Shown piece by piece: positions 1-10,398 of a stretch of 64,000 nt of DNA. The notes beneath the pieces are model-generated. The model was not told where the DNA came from, did no database searches, and worked only from the letters and a program-made list of their open reading frames with translations. The DNA comes from Candidatus Woesearchaeota archaeon. Lineage in GTDB: Archaea > Nanobdellota > Nanobdellia > Woesearchaeales > BS150m-G63. The stretch lies in contig JADHVD010000005.1 in the NCBI GenBank assembly GCA_016784165.1, positions 3,385 through 67,384 on the forward strand. Direction: 5' to 3'. Position numbers and translations under genes: made by a program. Position 1 is the first letter of the stretch, and every line of letters begins with the position of its first letter.

Positions 1-1109
1 TTAATTTTATCCAATACACTTTTTTCTTCATTTTGTAATCTTTCTTTTTTTGTTTTCAAATCACCCACTTCTTTATCAATGCCACTCATTTTATCATCTA
101 AATCAGAAAGATTTTTCAAAAGTTGATTTTTCCTTGTTTCTATTCTACTAACTTCATTTTCACAAGAACCAACCCTAGTTTTATTTGTTGCAATATTGAC
201 ACGTAAATCTTCAATAGATTTATTTAATTTAGTGAGATTACTATCTCCTTTTTTTTCAACAGTTTGAGTTATTTCATTAATCTCTGATTTATTTTTTTTA
301 ATAATATCCCTAATCTTATTTATCTCTCCATTAAATTTCTCAAGTTCCTTTGAATGACTTCTTTTTCTTTTTTCAAGGGAATCTATTTTTTCTTGTTTCC
401 CATTCATTTGTATTTTAAGAAAACTTGCACGATTTTGATTAATTTTATTATCACATTCTCTGAATTTTTCAGCTTGTTTTTTTTCTTTTCTTAATTCTTT
501 AAGATAAGTCCCTCTTTCTTTCAAAACAATATCTGCTTCGCCCAATTTACCATCAACCTTATCTAATTCATTCATTGCTTTATGTTTTTTCTCTTCATAT
601 GAAGAAATTCCGGCTATTTCCCCAATAACTTCTCTCCTTTCATTGGGAGACATCTCCACGAATCGAGTAATATCACCTTGTAGAATTATATTATATCCAT
701 CTGGATTTATTTTAGCCAAAGCAAGCATATCAATAATCTGTTGCCTGGTTCTTCTTTGATCATTTATTTTATAAGTAGACATCCCCCTATGATTTATCAA
801 TCTAGTTATCTTAACTTCCTCATCACCAGTTGGAAATTCTTTTTCAGAATTATCAAAAACCATACTTACTTCTGCATTTTTAGAAGGATCTTTCTTTTTT
901 CCACCGTTATAGATTAAATTAGAAGCTTTTTCAGCCCTAAGTGCTTTAGCAGATCTTTTACCTAATACAAAACAAAGTGCATCTAACACATTAGATTTAC
1001 CACTCCCGTTAGGACCTAGAACAACATTAAAATCCTGATCAAACACTAATTCAGTTCTCTTTGCAAAGGATTTAAATCCATGCATCACCATGCTTTTTAT
1101 CTTAGTCAA
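1..1109 (-). CDS. smc: Chromosome segregation protein SMC, N-terminal part (runs off window start; not in ORF track)
   Basis: Manual translation from TTG at 1109 after GGTGA RBS: MTKIKSMVMHGFKSFAKRTE...VLGPNGSGKSNVLDALCFVLG (Walker A), IILQGDITRF Q-loop, then coiled coil. Confidence 0.95.
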   Translation of the reverse strand, partial: MTKIKSMVMHGFKSFAKRTELVFDQDFNVVLGPNGSGKSNVLDALCFVLGKRSAKALRAEKASNLIYNGGKKKDPSKNAEVSMVFDNSEKEFPTGDEEVKITRLINHRGMSTYKINDQRRTRQQIIDMLALAKINPDGYNIILQGDITRFVEMSPNERREVIGEIAGISSYEEKKHKAMNELDKVDGKLGEADIVLKERGTYLKELRKEKKQAEKFRECDNKINQNRASFLKIQMNGKQEKIDSLEKRKRSHSKELEKFNGEINKIRDIIKKNKSEINEITQTVEKKGDSNLTKLNKSIEDLRVNIATNKTRVGSCENEVSRIETRKNQLLKNLSDLDDKMSGIDKEVGDLKTKKERLQNEEKSVLDKI

Positions 1110-1208
1110 TCTCTACTCACCTTTTTTTTAAAAATTCCTCTAAAAAGTATAATTTTAAAGACAGTTAATGTTTATAAACTTTTCTGGTTTGTTTTATAGG
1201 ATAAAAAA

Positions 1209-1859
1209 TTAAAATTCTCCTAAACCTTTTTGAGAAGATTTTACTGCCACATTTTTATAAGAAGCCCAACTTTTTCTGAAAAAATCATATTTATCATAAT
1301 TCTTTTTCAAAAAATCTCTAGTTCTTTCATCAGAAGGGTAACCAGAACCAAATTCAACATTATATTTTTTCTTTAACTTATCTATTTCTTCATCTCTAAT
1401 CACTTTAGCAATAATAGAAGCAGCACCAACAACAAAATATTTACTATCTGCTTTAAATTCTGCTTTTATTTCTGCATCTTTTTTCACTAATCTTTCTTTA
1501 ATATATCCGGCATATGCTTCCCTATTGTTACTTGGACAATCTAAGATAATCCTATCTGGTTTAAAATGATTTATTATCTCTATAGATTTATCTGCTTCAA
1601 GCCAATTTAAATTAGTATTTTCAGAAAATAAAGTATTATCTATTTCTTTAGGTGGAACAATTATAACTTTGTATTCAATTTCTTTTTTCAATAATTCAAA
1701 AACTTCTTTTCTTTTAGCTACACTAAGTAATTTAGAATCTCTTGCACCCAACAATTTCAATTTAAACTGTTCTTTATCATCAACCATAACTCCGCAAAGC
1801 ACCATAGGACCTATAACAGGACCTCTACCAGCTTCATCTATCGCAACTAATTTAACCAT
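1209..1859 (-). CDS. rnhB: Ribonuclease HII
   Basis: IDEAGRGPVIGP, RDSK, KAD, AASIIAKV, GSGYPSD motifs. Confidence 0.97.
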   Translation of the reverse strand: MVKLVAIDEAGRGPVIGPMVLCGVMVDDKEQFKLKLLGARDSKLLSVAKRKEVFELLKKEIEYKVIIVPPKEIDNTLFSENTNLNWLEADKSIEIINHFKPDRIILDCPSNNREAYAGYIKERLVKKDAEIKAEFKADSKYFVVGAASIIAKVIRDEEIDKLKKKYNVEFGSGYPSDERTRDFLKKNYDKYDFFRKSWASYKNVAVKSSQKGLGEF

Positions 1860-1896
1860 AATAAAACAAAAAGAGGATGAGTTTAAATAATTTACT

Positions 1897-2139
1897 TTAG
1901 TTCTTCTTTATTTTGCTTTCTTTCCATTTAATATATTTCCAAATATACCTCAATATCGTTAAAGGGATAAACAATATCAACAAGAGAGGGAATAATATAT
2001 CAAATCTGCCGTATAAAATCAAAACAATATAAGCAAGTGTAAATATCAAAAAAATAGAAAGTGCGATAAGCTTTGTAAAAAATAAGAATATATTTTTGAT
2101 TTTTTTAATCATATAGTACCTCTTTAAACCTTTCAACAC
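1897..2139 (-). CDS. Small two-TM membrane protein, hypothetical (start may be 2112)
   Basis: Two hydrophobic stretches flanked by Lys-rich ends; fills gap between rnhB and kae1. Confidence 0.5.
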   Translation of the reverse strand: MLKGLKRYYMIKKIKNIFLFFTKLIALSIFLIFTLAYIVLILYGRFDILFPLLLILFIPLTILRYIWKYIKWKESKIKKN

Positions 2140-2178
2140 AAGTAAAATATATAAACCTTACTGAATAATCACTTCATT

Positions 2179-3159
2179 ATGATATGTTTAGGTATTGAAA
2201 CAACTGCCCACACGTTTGGGATTGGTATTGTAACAGACAAAAAGAAGGTATTAGCCAACATCAAAGATAGTTACACCACTAAAAAAGGCGGAATGATTCC
2301 AGTAAAAGCAGGAGAACATCATGTTGAAGTTTGTGACAAAGTACTCGCTCAAGCATTAGAAAAAGCAAACATAAAACTAAAAGATGTTGACCTAATTTCA
2401 TTTTCTCAAGGTCCTGGCATGGGACACTGCTTAAGAATAGGGGCTTTTTTCGCACGTTCTTTAGCACTAAAACTAAAAAAACCATTAATCGGAATCAATC
2501 ATTGTATAGCACACTTAAGTATTGGAACAATGCTCACACAAGCAAAAGACCCTGTACTACTTTATGTTTCAGGAGCAAACACCCAAGTTATAGCTTACGA
2601 AGGAAAAAAATACAGAATTTTCGGAGAAACTCTCGATATTGGAATAGGAAACTTCTTAGACAGTTTCGCAAGATACTTGGAATTAGGATTTCCTGGCGGA
2701 CCAAAATTATCACAACTAGCAGAAAAAGGGGAAAAAATGATTGAACTGCCTTACACAGTAAAAGGAATGGATGTAAGTTTTGGGGGGTTATTAACAAACC
2801 TTAAACAAAAACATCAACAAGGAATAAAAAAAGAAGACCTTGCTTACTCACTCCAAGAAACTGCTTTTGCAATGCTTTTAGAAGTAGCAGAAAGAGCACT
2901 TGCTCACTGCAATAAAAAAGAACTCCTTTTAGGTGGAGGGGTTGCATGTAACACAAGATTACAAGAAATGGCAAAAGAAATGTGCAAAGCAAGAGGGGCA
3001 AAATGTTTTACAGTTGCAAATGAATTTAATGTTGATAATGGCGCAATGATTGCTTGGCAAGGAATTCTACAATACAGCTCAGGCCAGGAAACTAAAATAA
3101 AAGACAGTAATATCTTACCTTATGAAAGAACAGATCAAGTAAAAGTAACATGGATCTAA
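2179..3159 (+). CDS. kae1: KEOPS t6A synthase Kae1/TsaD (stand-alone, not fused to Bud32)
   Basis: LGIETTAHT, SQGPG, NHCIAH, LYVSGANTQ, GGGVACN, DNGAMIA. Confidence 0.96.
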   Translation: MICLGIETTAHTFGIGIVTDKKKVLANIKDSYTTKKGGMIPVKAGEHHVEVCDKVLAQALEKANIKLKDVDLISFSQGPGMGHCLRIGAFFARSLALKLKKPLIGINHCIAHLSIGTMLTQAKDPVLLYVSGANTQVIAYEGKKYRIFGETLDIGIGNFLDSFARYLELGFPGGPKLSQLAEKGEKMIELPYTVKGMDVSFGGLLTNLKQKHQQGIKKEDLAYSLQETAFAMLLEVAERALAHCNKKELLLGGGVACNTRLQEMAKEMCKARGAKCFTVANEFNVDNGAMIAWQGILQYSSGQETKIKDSNILPYERTDQVKVTWI

Positions 3160-3219
3160 CCGAAAAAATTCCGACTAAAGAACCAAAAACATATAAACTC
3201 AAAATAAACTAATTCTAAT

Positions 3220-3837
3220 ATGGAACATCTAAAAGAAAAAATAAAACCATACTTCCGAGAAGGTGGACATGGTTTGGACCATATAGAAAGAGTATACAAT
3301 CTAGCTATAAGGATAGCAGAACAAGAAAAAGCAGATATGGATATAGTAAAAGCATCTGCACTACTTCATGATATAGCAAGAAAAAAACAATCTGAAACAG
3401 GATTATGTCATGCAGAACAAGGATCAAAAATGGCTCCAGAAATCTTAGAAAAAATCAAATTCCCAAAAGAAAAAATTCCTGCAGTTGTACATTGTATAGA
3501 AGTTCATAGAGTAAGCAAAAAACTAAAAGCAGAAACCAAAGAAGCACAAATAATTCAAGATGCTGATAGATTAGATGCAATAGGTGCAGTCGCTATATCA
3601 AGAGTATTAATACATAATACAACACATAATACCTCTATATATAATCCACATATTAAACCAAAAGAAGAATATGACGGCTCAACAACAACTGCAATAAATC
3701 ACTTTTATGAAAAAATACTAAAATTAAAACCAGAAAGTTTTCACACAGAATTAGCTCAAGAGATAGCAAAAGAAAGGTATAATTTTACAAAAGAATTTGT
3801 TGAACGATTCATAAAAGAATGGCACGGAAAAAATTAA
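3220..3837 (+). CDS. HD-domain phosphohydrolase
   Basis: H...HIERV, LLHDI, H, QDADRLDAIGA motifs. Confidence 0.9.
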   Translation: MEHLKEKIKPYFREGGHGLDHIERVYNLAIRIAEQEKADMDIVKASALLHDIARKKQSETGLCHAEQGSKMAPEILEKIKFPKEKIPAVVHCIEVHRVSKKLKAETKEAQIIQDADRLDAIGAVAISRVLIHNTTHNTSIYNPHIKPKEEYDGSTTTAINHFYEKILKLKPESFHTELAQEIAKERYNFTKEFVERFIKEWHGKN

Positions 3838-3838
3838 A

Positions 3839-4390
3839 ATGAGTTTAGAAAAAAAGATAAAACTAGAAGGAGAAATAGTGGTGCTAAGAAAATTAGAATA
3901 CTCAGATGCTGAATTCATTTACAAACATATAAATCACAAAGATATTGTTAGGTACACAATGAATATTCCTTGGCCTTACACTCCAGAACATGCGGTTCAG
4001 TTCATAAAGAAATCAAAACAAGGATACAAAAAAGGCAAGGAATTAAATTTAGGAATCACATTAAAAGAAGATAATCAAGTTATAGGAATTATGAGTTTTA
4101 ACAAAATAGACTTAAAAAATAAAAACGCAGAAGTAGGTTATTGGCTGGGAAAAAAATATTGGCGTAAGGGAATAGCAAAAGAAGCACTAATTCTAATCTT
4201 AGATTATGCCTTCAAAGAACTAAAACTAGAAAGGATCAGTTCAAGAACATTTCATTCAAACAAAGCATCTTATGGACTTCTTCTCAGAATGGGATTCAAA
4301 CAAGAAGGAATCGCAAGAAAAGATATATTTCAAAACAATAAGTGGTATGATCATTTAATGTTTGGACTTCTAAAAGAAGAATTAAAATAA
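3839..4390 (+). CDS. GNAT acetyltransferase, RimJ/RimL family
   Basis: AEVGYWLGKKYWRKGIAKEA, NKAS, GFKQEG. Confidence 0.9.
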   Translation: MSLEKKIKLEGEIVVLRKLEYSDAEFIYKHINHKDIVRYTMNIPWPYTPEHAVQFIKKSKQGYKKGKELNLGITLKEDNQVIGIMSFNKIDLKNKNAEVGYWLGKKYWRKGIAKEALILILDYAFKELKLERISSRTFHSNKASYGLLLRMGFKQEGIARKDIFQNNKWYDHLMFGLLKEELK

Positions 4391-5173
4391 TTATTTCTTC
4401 TCGAAATTTTCATATTCTTTCAGCAAATCATTTAATTTATCTTTACCAATATCTTGGTAAATACCATATATTTTTCCAACATGTGAAAATTTATTCTTTG
4501 TATCATACTTCCAACAAATTGCCTCATGAACTTTTTTGATATGAATAACAATATCATAAAATTGTTTCCAATTATTAATCTCAAATATTCTAGAGTTATC
4601 AAAAAGAGACCTATTTTGATGTTTATTCTCTGGTTGCCTGTAGTAGATTAAATGGACTGGTAAATGTTTTATTGATTCTAATTTCTTAAGATCGTCATCT
4701 ATATGGATTCGTGGCTTTAACTTATGAACAAAATGATCTTTTGATTTATTCCTCGTATTATGTAAATATTTTATAATGTGTCCAAATTTATGCCTAATAA
4801 ATTTCTTTGCATAAGGAAAATCATGATCATTCCTAGAAGTTATAACAACAAACCTAAAACCCTCTTTATGAAGGTTGTGTAATGTCTCCTTGCAATGTGG
4901 AGGAATTTCATATTCCATGATATGATCCTCATTTAATGGATCCATTAAACTGCGATAATTTATATCTAGCTTCCCAATCTTCTGCATAAGTTTATCAAAA
5001 CCGTCTTTTTTGGTCTGATGCAGCTCAAGATCCACCCCAAACCATTCCTTTGCATATTTCAGCTTAACATTTAAGCCATGAGCTATAACTCCATCAAAAT
5101 CCAAACTAACAATAAGATTCTTAGCTACGTATTTTGGTCGATTAAATCCAAACATTAAGTAAATAAAATACAT
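4391..5173 (-). CDS. HAD-superfamily phosphatase, 5'(3')-nucleotidase-like
   Basis: SLDFDGVI motif I, ITSR motif II, HIDDD motif IV. Confidence 0.8.
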   Translation of the reverse strand: MYFIYLMFGFNRPKYVAKNLIVSLDFDGVIAHGLNVKLKYAKEWFGVDLELHQTKKDGFDKLMQKIGKLDINYRSLMDPLNEDHIMEYEIPPHCKETLHNLHKEGFRFVVITSRNDHDFPYAKKFIRHKFGHIIKYLHNTRNKSKDHFVHKLKPRIHIDDDLKKLESIKHLPVHLIYYRQPENKHQNRSLFDNSRIFEINNWKQFYDIVIHIKKVHEAICWKYDTKNKFSHVGKIYGIYQDIGKDKLNDLLKEYENFEKK

Positions 5174-5190
5174 TAAAGATATATACTTTT

Positions 5191-5790
5191 CTAATTTTTT
5201 ATGATTTTAGATATCTCTTTAGCAAATCCATTTTCCTCACAATTATAAAAAGAAATATCTTTTTTTTCCCTTACAAACTTGATTATTTTAATATTATCAA
5301 ATTCAGAATCATCTAATTTATCTGTCTGCTCAACCATACATTCATATTGATCAATAGAATCTAAAACTTTATCTTTAAAATCAGGATTTTTCTTTCTTTC
5401 ATCTAAATAATTATTTATCACTTCTTTACTGTTAAAAATCGTCCATAAAACATATAACTCATAGTCATTTTTCTCTGCAATATCATAAACCCAATTCCTT
5501 CTGTATTGCTTATGAAAAGTTGCATCCAAGATAATAATATCCTTATCAGAACTTTCAACTAAATCGCAAAGTTTTCTATAAGAATCATCTTTTTCTCTTC
5601 TTGTCTCCTCATTAGTTTCATCAATAGATTTTTTTGTAAACTTAATATGTTCATCCACCTTAAATCTTGTTGAAACTGATTTGATTATTTCACAATCAAT
5701 ATTCTTTTTAGAAAAAGAATCTTTCAATTTCTTAGCTACAGTTGATTTCCCACTTAAAGGAAAACCATAAAGCATTATTAATTTTCTCAT
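5191..5790 (-). CDS. P-loop nucleotide/polynucleotide kinase-like protein (AAA_33 type)
   Basis: YGFPLSGKST Walker A, IILDATFHKQYRR. Confidence 0.8.
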   Translation of the reverse strand: MRKLIMLYGFPLSGKSTVAKKLKDSFSKKNIDCEIIKSVSTRFKVDEHIKFTKKSIDETNEETRREKDDSYRKLCDLVESSDKDIIILDATFHKQYRRNWVYDIAEKNDYELYVLWTIFNSKEVINNYLDERKKNPDFKDKVLDSIDQYECMVEQTDKLDDSEFDNIKIIKFVREKKDISFYNCEENGFAKEISKIIKN

Positions 5791-5934
5791 TAGAGATAAA
5801 AAGATTTAAAGATATAAAAAATTATTCAAAAATTAAAGCAAAAAGAAGCTTTGAATCATGTGAAGAATCTATAAAATGGATTATATCAGAAAATTTAGTT
5901 CAGAATTGTTCTAAAAGAAGAATTTACACCTTGA

Positions 5935-6486
5935 TTAGTGTTTAATCATATAACCTAAAGCACTCAAAATATACAAAACAGGAACAACATTTAATGAGAA
6001 ATAATAAAACGCGTTTGTTTTAGCTAACACACCTAAAATAATTAACACAAACATAATTAACAAACTTACTGTTATCTGAATAGTGCCTAGAACCTCTTTA
6101 ATTGCATATTTTTCTTTTTTAACTAAATAACCTACAGCACTTAAAATAAATAAAAAAGGAATCGCAAACAAAGTTAATCCAATATGGGTTGCAATCACCC
6201 CGACATAATTTCCATAAACCTGTAACAAAATCAACCCAAGTGAAATACTAATTACCAACTGAATTGTTCCAATCATCACTTTGATATGTTTCTTCCTTTC
6301 GTGAACTATATAGCCTATAGCATTCAATAAAAACAAGGCGAGTGTAAAATAGAATATCACAAACAAGTAAATTTTTTCATAATAATCCCAACCACTAAAC
6401 TTATGATACAATAAATAGAATCCTATTAACACAAAGAAAGTTATACAAATTTGAACAATTGCTAAGGTTTTTTTCAAGTGTTTCAT
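5935..6486 (-). CDS. Six-TM membrane protein built of three internal helical-hairpin repeats
   Basis: Repeats K..(L/I)(A/G).(V/I)Q(I/L)...L(F/Y)(L/I)L(N/S)A.GY occur three times. Confidence 0.7.
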   Translation of the reverse strand: MKHLKKTLAIVQICITFFVLIGFYLLYHKFSGWDYYEKIYLFVIFYFTLALFLLNAIGYIVHERKKHIKVMIGTIQLVISISLGLILLQVYGNYVGVIATHIGLTLFAIPFLFILSAVGYLVKKEKYAIKEVLGTIQITVSLLIMFVLIILGVLAKTNAFYYFSLNVVPVLYILSALGYMIKH

Positions 6487-6551
6487 TGTTGTTCTTTTTA
6501 CTCAAACTCTTTTACTTAAATGAAATTTTTATTTCAGTTTTGCAGGAGAAT

Positions 6552-6851
6552 TCATTTTTTATCAAATTCATCACTACATTTATCTGAACAAAATCTATAC
6601 AATTCACCATCAACAACTTTTTCTATAATTAACTCACTCCTTTGAAGCATTTTACCACATTTTCTACATTTAGCTTGCTGACCATCATTATCAGCACCTT
6701 CCATAAATGCAGCTTCCCAAGGACTTATCTCGTCTTCTTCAACAAGTTTATCCCTCCCTTCACTAGAATAAACCTCTTCATCAGCCCCTTCATCAAAATT
6801 AGATTGTTCTTCTTCTGGAATTAGTTCTTTATCATTAACCATTAATATCAC
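6552..6851 (-). CDS. Small acidic protein with C-terminal TRASH/zinc-finger-like domain
   Basis: CRKC...YRFCSDKC; GGTGA RBS upstream. Confidence 0.75.
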   Translation of the reverse strand: MILMVNDKELIPEEEQSNFDEGADEEVYSSEGRDKLVEEDEISPWEAAFMEGADNDGQQAKCRKCGKMLQRSELIIEKVVDGELYRFCSDKCSDEFDKK

Positions 6852-6896
6852 CTACTCTTAAAATAACCTAAAATGTTTATAAGCTTTTCTTTTTTA

Positions 6897-9431
6897 TTAT
6901 TTATCATTCAATTTCTCAATAAATTTATCTAATTCTTTCATAAATCTTTCTGTAGTTTTCAATACGTGTTCTGGTTGAGTTTTCAAAATTCTAGCAGTCT
7001 CCCCTAAAATATCTCCTTTTTTTCCCTCTCTAACAACCAATTCAAGGTCTTTTACATCTATTTCTTTTCTTTTTTTAATTGCTTTTTTTGCTTTTTTCCA
7101 TTTAACAAATAGCTCTTCTGCCCTAGCAGGAATCTCTTCAACCCCAACACCCAATAATTTTGACAACCCATCCAATATTTCTTTCTCACTTTCTCCTTGT
7201 ATCTCAGCAGCTTCTCCGGCAGTAAAAGTGATTCTACAAACACCATCTTGAATTTTGGTACTTTTTAAAATCTTAATTTTTCCAACTTCAGAAGTATCAT
7301 GTAAATGAGTTCCACCACAGGCTTCAACATCCACCCCTTTAATATCTATTATTCTAATTTTGTTTCCAGGAACTGCACCACCTTGATAAATACTCAAACC
7401 GTATCTCTTTTCAGCCATATCTCTACTCAAAAAAGAAGAATTAATAGGTAATGCCCTATCAATAATAATATTTGCTTCATCTCCTATTTTCTTAAGTTCT
7501 TCATCAGAAATACTTTCATAATGAGTAACATCTAAATGTGCTTTATCTAATGTTTTTTTAGCTCCTGCTTGAAAAATATGATTTCCTAAAACTTTTTTTG
7601 CAGCTGCATTCACAATATGGGTCGCAGTATGATGTTGAGTTAATTGTTTTCTATTTCCAAAATTAATCTCAGCAATAACCTCTCCTCCAACCCTTAAAAG
7701 AGGTTTACTTTCCATAACATGTACAATTATATTCCCTTGCTTAAACACATCAATAACTTTTTTACCATTAATATTTCCAATATCATGCAATTGCCCACCA
7801 GAAGTTGGATAAAAATAAGTTCTATCTAACACAACCTTATCATCAATAATTTTCAATACTTTTGCTCCAAATTTAATTTTACGATAATCTTCAAAATAAA
7901 GCGCTTCTGTTTCTGATAATCCTCCTAATTCCAATTTCTCTTCACGCACTGTTGCATGAACTTGTTTTTTTCGCTCATGTAATTCAGAAACTCTAGAATA
8001 AAAATTCTCAGGAATTATGATTTGCTTACCTAATTTAGCTGCTTCAACCCTTATCATCTCTGGCTGGATTCCTTGGCTATCATAAAGTTCGAGGAGTTTT
8101 CTTTCATCAATATCTTTCTTAACAATAACCGCAGTTATTTGTTTAGCTTTCTCTTTAGACGCAATATATTTTCTCTTTTCCACATTAAGTATCTTCGAAA
8201 CATTACCTAAATTATTACTCAATTCAGGAAACAAGGGTTCGAGATATTCAGCATGCCACTTACATATTTCAGCAAGCTCAAGATTCCACCCATATCTATC
8301 AATAAAAGAAAGTGCCCTTCTCAACACTGTTCGTAGATTATATCCTCCACCAACATTGCCTGGTAAAGCTCCATCAGATAACGCAACTAACAATGCCCTT
8401 GAATGTTCTGCAACAGAATAAAGCGCAGCTAAAGGAAGTATGTTATTTCTCAATTCATCTACTTTCATTCCAACTTTCTCAGCAACAAAATCCCATGCTT
8501 TTTCAATATCTTCGACTTCATCAATATTCAAATAAGAAGCATAAGGTAAAAATTTAGCCATCAATTTTTCATCAACCCTCACACCTGTAAGTTGATGTAA
8601 TTTTTTCATCACAGTTGGAAATGTAGATTCATAACTAGTAGAAGTACCGTGAGTAAACCAAGCATTTCTTTCGTGCCCCATCCCCATATCCAACACTTTT
8701 AATTTTAACTCTTTAGATCCAGAAGAAGTTTGTTCATACATCATATAAACTTGATTTCCTAATTCCATTCCTCTGCTAAAAAATTCCATACAAGGACCAA
8801 AATTTCCTCCGCCAGCCCATGCATCTTCATGGAAAATTATTTCATCATCTTCCACACCCAATCCTTTATTCAGCCATAATTTAATATCAGAAAAATATTT
8901 ATCTTTATCCCATTCTTCTGGAGGCATAAAGGCATGCTGTCCTATCATCACAAATCCCACATAATGTTGTCCAGTTATCCCTACATTATCTATATCATTA
9001 AAACGAAGACTAAACTGTGGTACAACTAAGGGGTTAGCTGGTGGTTTTACCTCTCCAGAAACAACATAAGGTTGAAAATCATAAATACTTGCTTGTACAA
9101 AATCAGTATCATCTCTCCATCGAGCAACAACAGGATATCTCTTTATTGGTGTATAACCCAATTTAGAAAACAATTTTGCAAATTCAGTCCAAACACCGAC
9201 ATAATCTAATTTTTTCTTAGCAGGACTATCTCCAATAAATCTAAATCCTCCAGAACATACAGCATCTCCGCAAACATCTCGGGGTTTAGTACTCCAAAAA
9301 TATATCCCACACTTCTTACATTTAGCACGATTAAATCCTGCTTTTTTTAAAACACTAACTGCAAAATATTTTTCAGGATTCTTAGAAACTTCTTTCTTAA
9401 ATTCCTTTTTTACTTGCTTATCTGTTTTCAT
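6897..9431 (-). CDS. alaS: Alanyl-tRNA synthetase, archaeal type
   Basis: YPVVARWRDD, ASIYDFQP, HHTATH and EACGGTH editing motifs. Confidence 0.98.
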   Translation of the reverse strand: MKTDKQVKKEFKKEVSKNPEKYFAVSVLKKAGFNRAKCKKCGIYFWSTKPRDVCGDAVCSGGFRFIGDSPAKKKLDYVGVWTEFAKLFSKLGYTPIKRYPVVARWRDDTDFVQASIYDFQPYVVSGEVKPPANPLVVPQFSLRFNDIDNVGITGQHYVGFVMIGQHAFMPPEEWDKDKYFSDIKLWLNKGLGVEDDEIIFHEDAWAGGGNFGPCMEFFSRGMELGNQVYMMYEQTSSGSKELKLKVLDMGMGHERNAWFTHGTSTSYESTFPTVMKKLHQLTGVRVDEKLMAKFLPYASYLNIDEVEDIEKAWDFVAEKVGMKVDELRNNILPLAALYSVAEHSRALLVALSDGALPGNVGGGYNLRTVLRRALSFIDRYGWNLELAEICKWHAEYLEPLFPELSNNLGNVSKILNVEKRKYIASKEKAKQITAVIVKKDIDERKLLELYDSQGIQPEMIRVEAAKLGKQIIIPENFYSRVSELHERKKQVHATVREEKLELGGLSETEALYFEDYRKIKFGAKVLKIIDDKVVLDRTYFYPTSGGQLHDIGNINGKKVIDVFKQGNIIVHVMESKPLLRVGGEVIAEINFGNRKQLTQHHTATHIVNAAAKKVLGNHIFQAGAKKTLDKAHLDVTHYESISDEELKKIGDEANIIIDRALPINSSFLSRDMAEKRYGLSIYQGGAVPGNKIRIIDIKGVDVEACGGTHLHDTSEVGKIKILKSTKIQDGVCRITFTAGEAAEIQGESEKEILDGLSKLLGVGVEEIPARAEELFVKWKKAKKAIKKRKEIDVKDLELVVREGKKGDILGETARILKTQPEHVLKTTERFMKELDKFIEKLNDK

Positions 9432-9530
9432 TTTTTAATGAAAATAGTTAAAGAATTTTTTTTGATTCTTTTACGTTTTCATAACTCCATTAAGAATTAT
9501 GCCTAAAACATATAAAAAACTTACTATAAA

Positions 9531-10370
9531 TCACTCAACAATCACTATTCCATTTTCGCCAACATCAAAAGTAACTGCCCCCCTAGCATGATCCGTACCC
9601 CTCATTTTAAGCACTTCAATTTTTCTTTCACGACCTTCTCCAAGAATTCCTTTACGAGCATAATAAAGCAAAATAATCCCATCAACCTCAAACTCCATAA
9701 AACTAGCAGTTTTATGTTCTTCTTCACCTTCAGAAGCATGTTGAAATGTAAAAATAGTTGTACAATTCCATTTATCTATTAAATCAAATAAAGCCAAAAC
9801 ATTTTCTCTCTTTTTTAATTCATCTGAACCCAATAAAGTAAAAGCTGTTATTGAATCAATAACCAATCTAGTGGGATTTATTTGTCTCATAAAACTATCT
9901 AAAGTTCCACCACCTTCAGATAATATTCCGGTAATTTGTTCAGGAGTATAATGGATATAAAAAAATTTTTTCTCACTTTCTAATTTTTCCAAATCCCAAC
10001 CAAACAATTTCATATCTTCATAAAGATCTTCTTTATTTTCTTCAAAAGAAAAATAAACAGCAGATTTTCCATCTTCAATTGCTTTCATTAAAAACTGTAT
10101 TCCAAAAATAGTTTTACCTGTTCCTGGCCCACCTTCAACTAAAACATTAGAACCTTTTTTGAATCCTCCACCTATCAACTCATCAAACCCATTTATTCCG
10201 CTAACAATTCGTTCTCCAACACCTACAACGTGTTTAATCCTATCAACATTAACAGATTCATGAGACTTTGATTTCTTTATATCTTTATGATCTTTTAAAA
10301 AATCTCCAAGAACATCTACTCCTTCTTTTTCAACTCCCTCTTTTTCAACCATGGTATTTAAGTTATCCAA
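9531..10370 (-). CDS. Single-domain KaiC/RecA-superfamily ATPase (FlaH-like), last gene of pilus operon; likely start 10352
   Basis: GGPGTGKT, FEE, LVIDSIT, VDGIILL, KMRGT. Confidence 0.9.
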   Translation of the reverse strand: MDNLNTMVEKEGVEKEGVDVLGDFLKDHKDIKKSKSHESVNVDRIKHVVGVGERIVSGINGFDELIGGGFKKGSNVLVEGGPGTGKTIFGIQFLMKAIEDGKSAVYFSFEENKEDLYEDMKLFGWDLEKLESEKKFFYIHYTPEQITGILSEGGGTLDSFMRQINPTRLVIDSITAFTLLGSDELKKRENVLALFDLIDKWNCTTIFTFQHASEGEEEHKTASFMEFEVDGIILLYYARKGILGEGRERKIEVLKMRGTDHARGAVTFDVGENGIVIVE

Positions 10371-10398
10371 ATAAGTATAAAAATCTTACTATAAAACA

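Noticed and set aside
5742..5945. 67-aa plus-strand ORF
   Set aside because: Overlaps both neighbours, no RBS or motif; at most a decayed fragment
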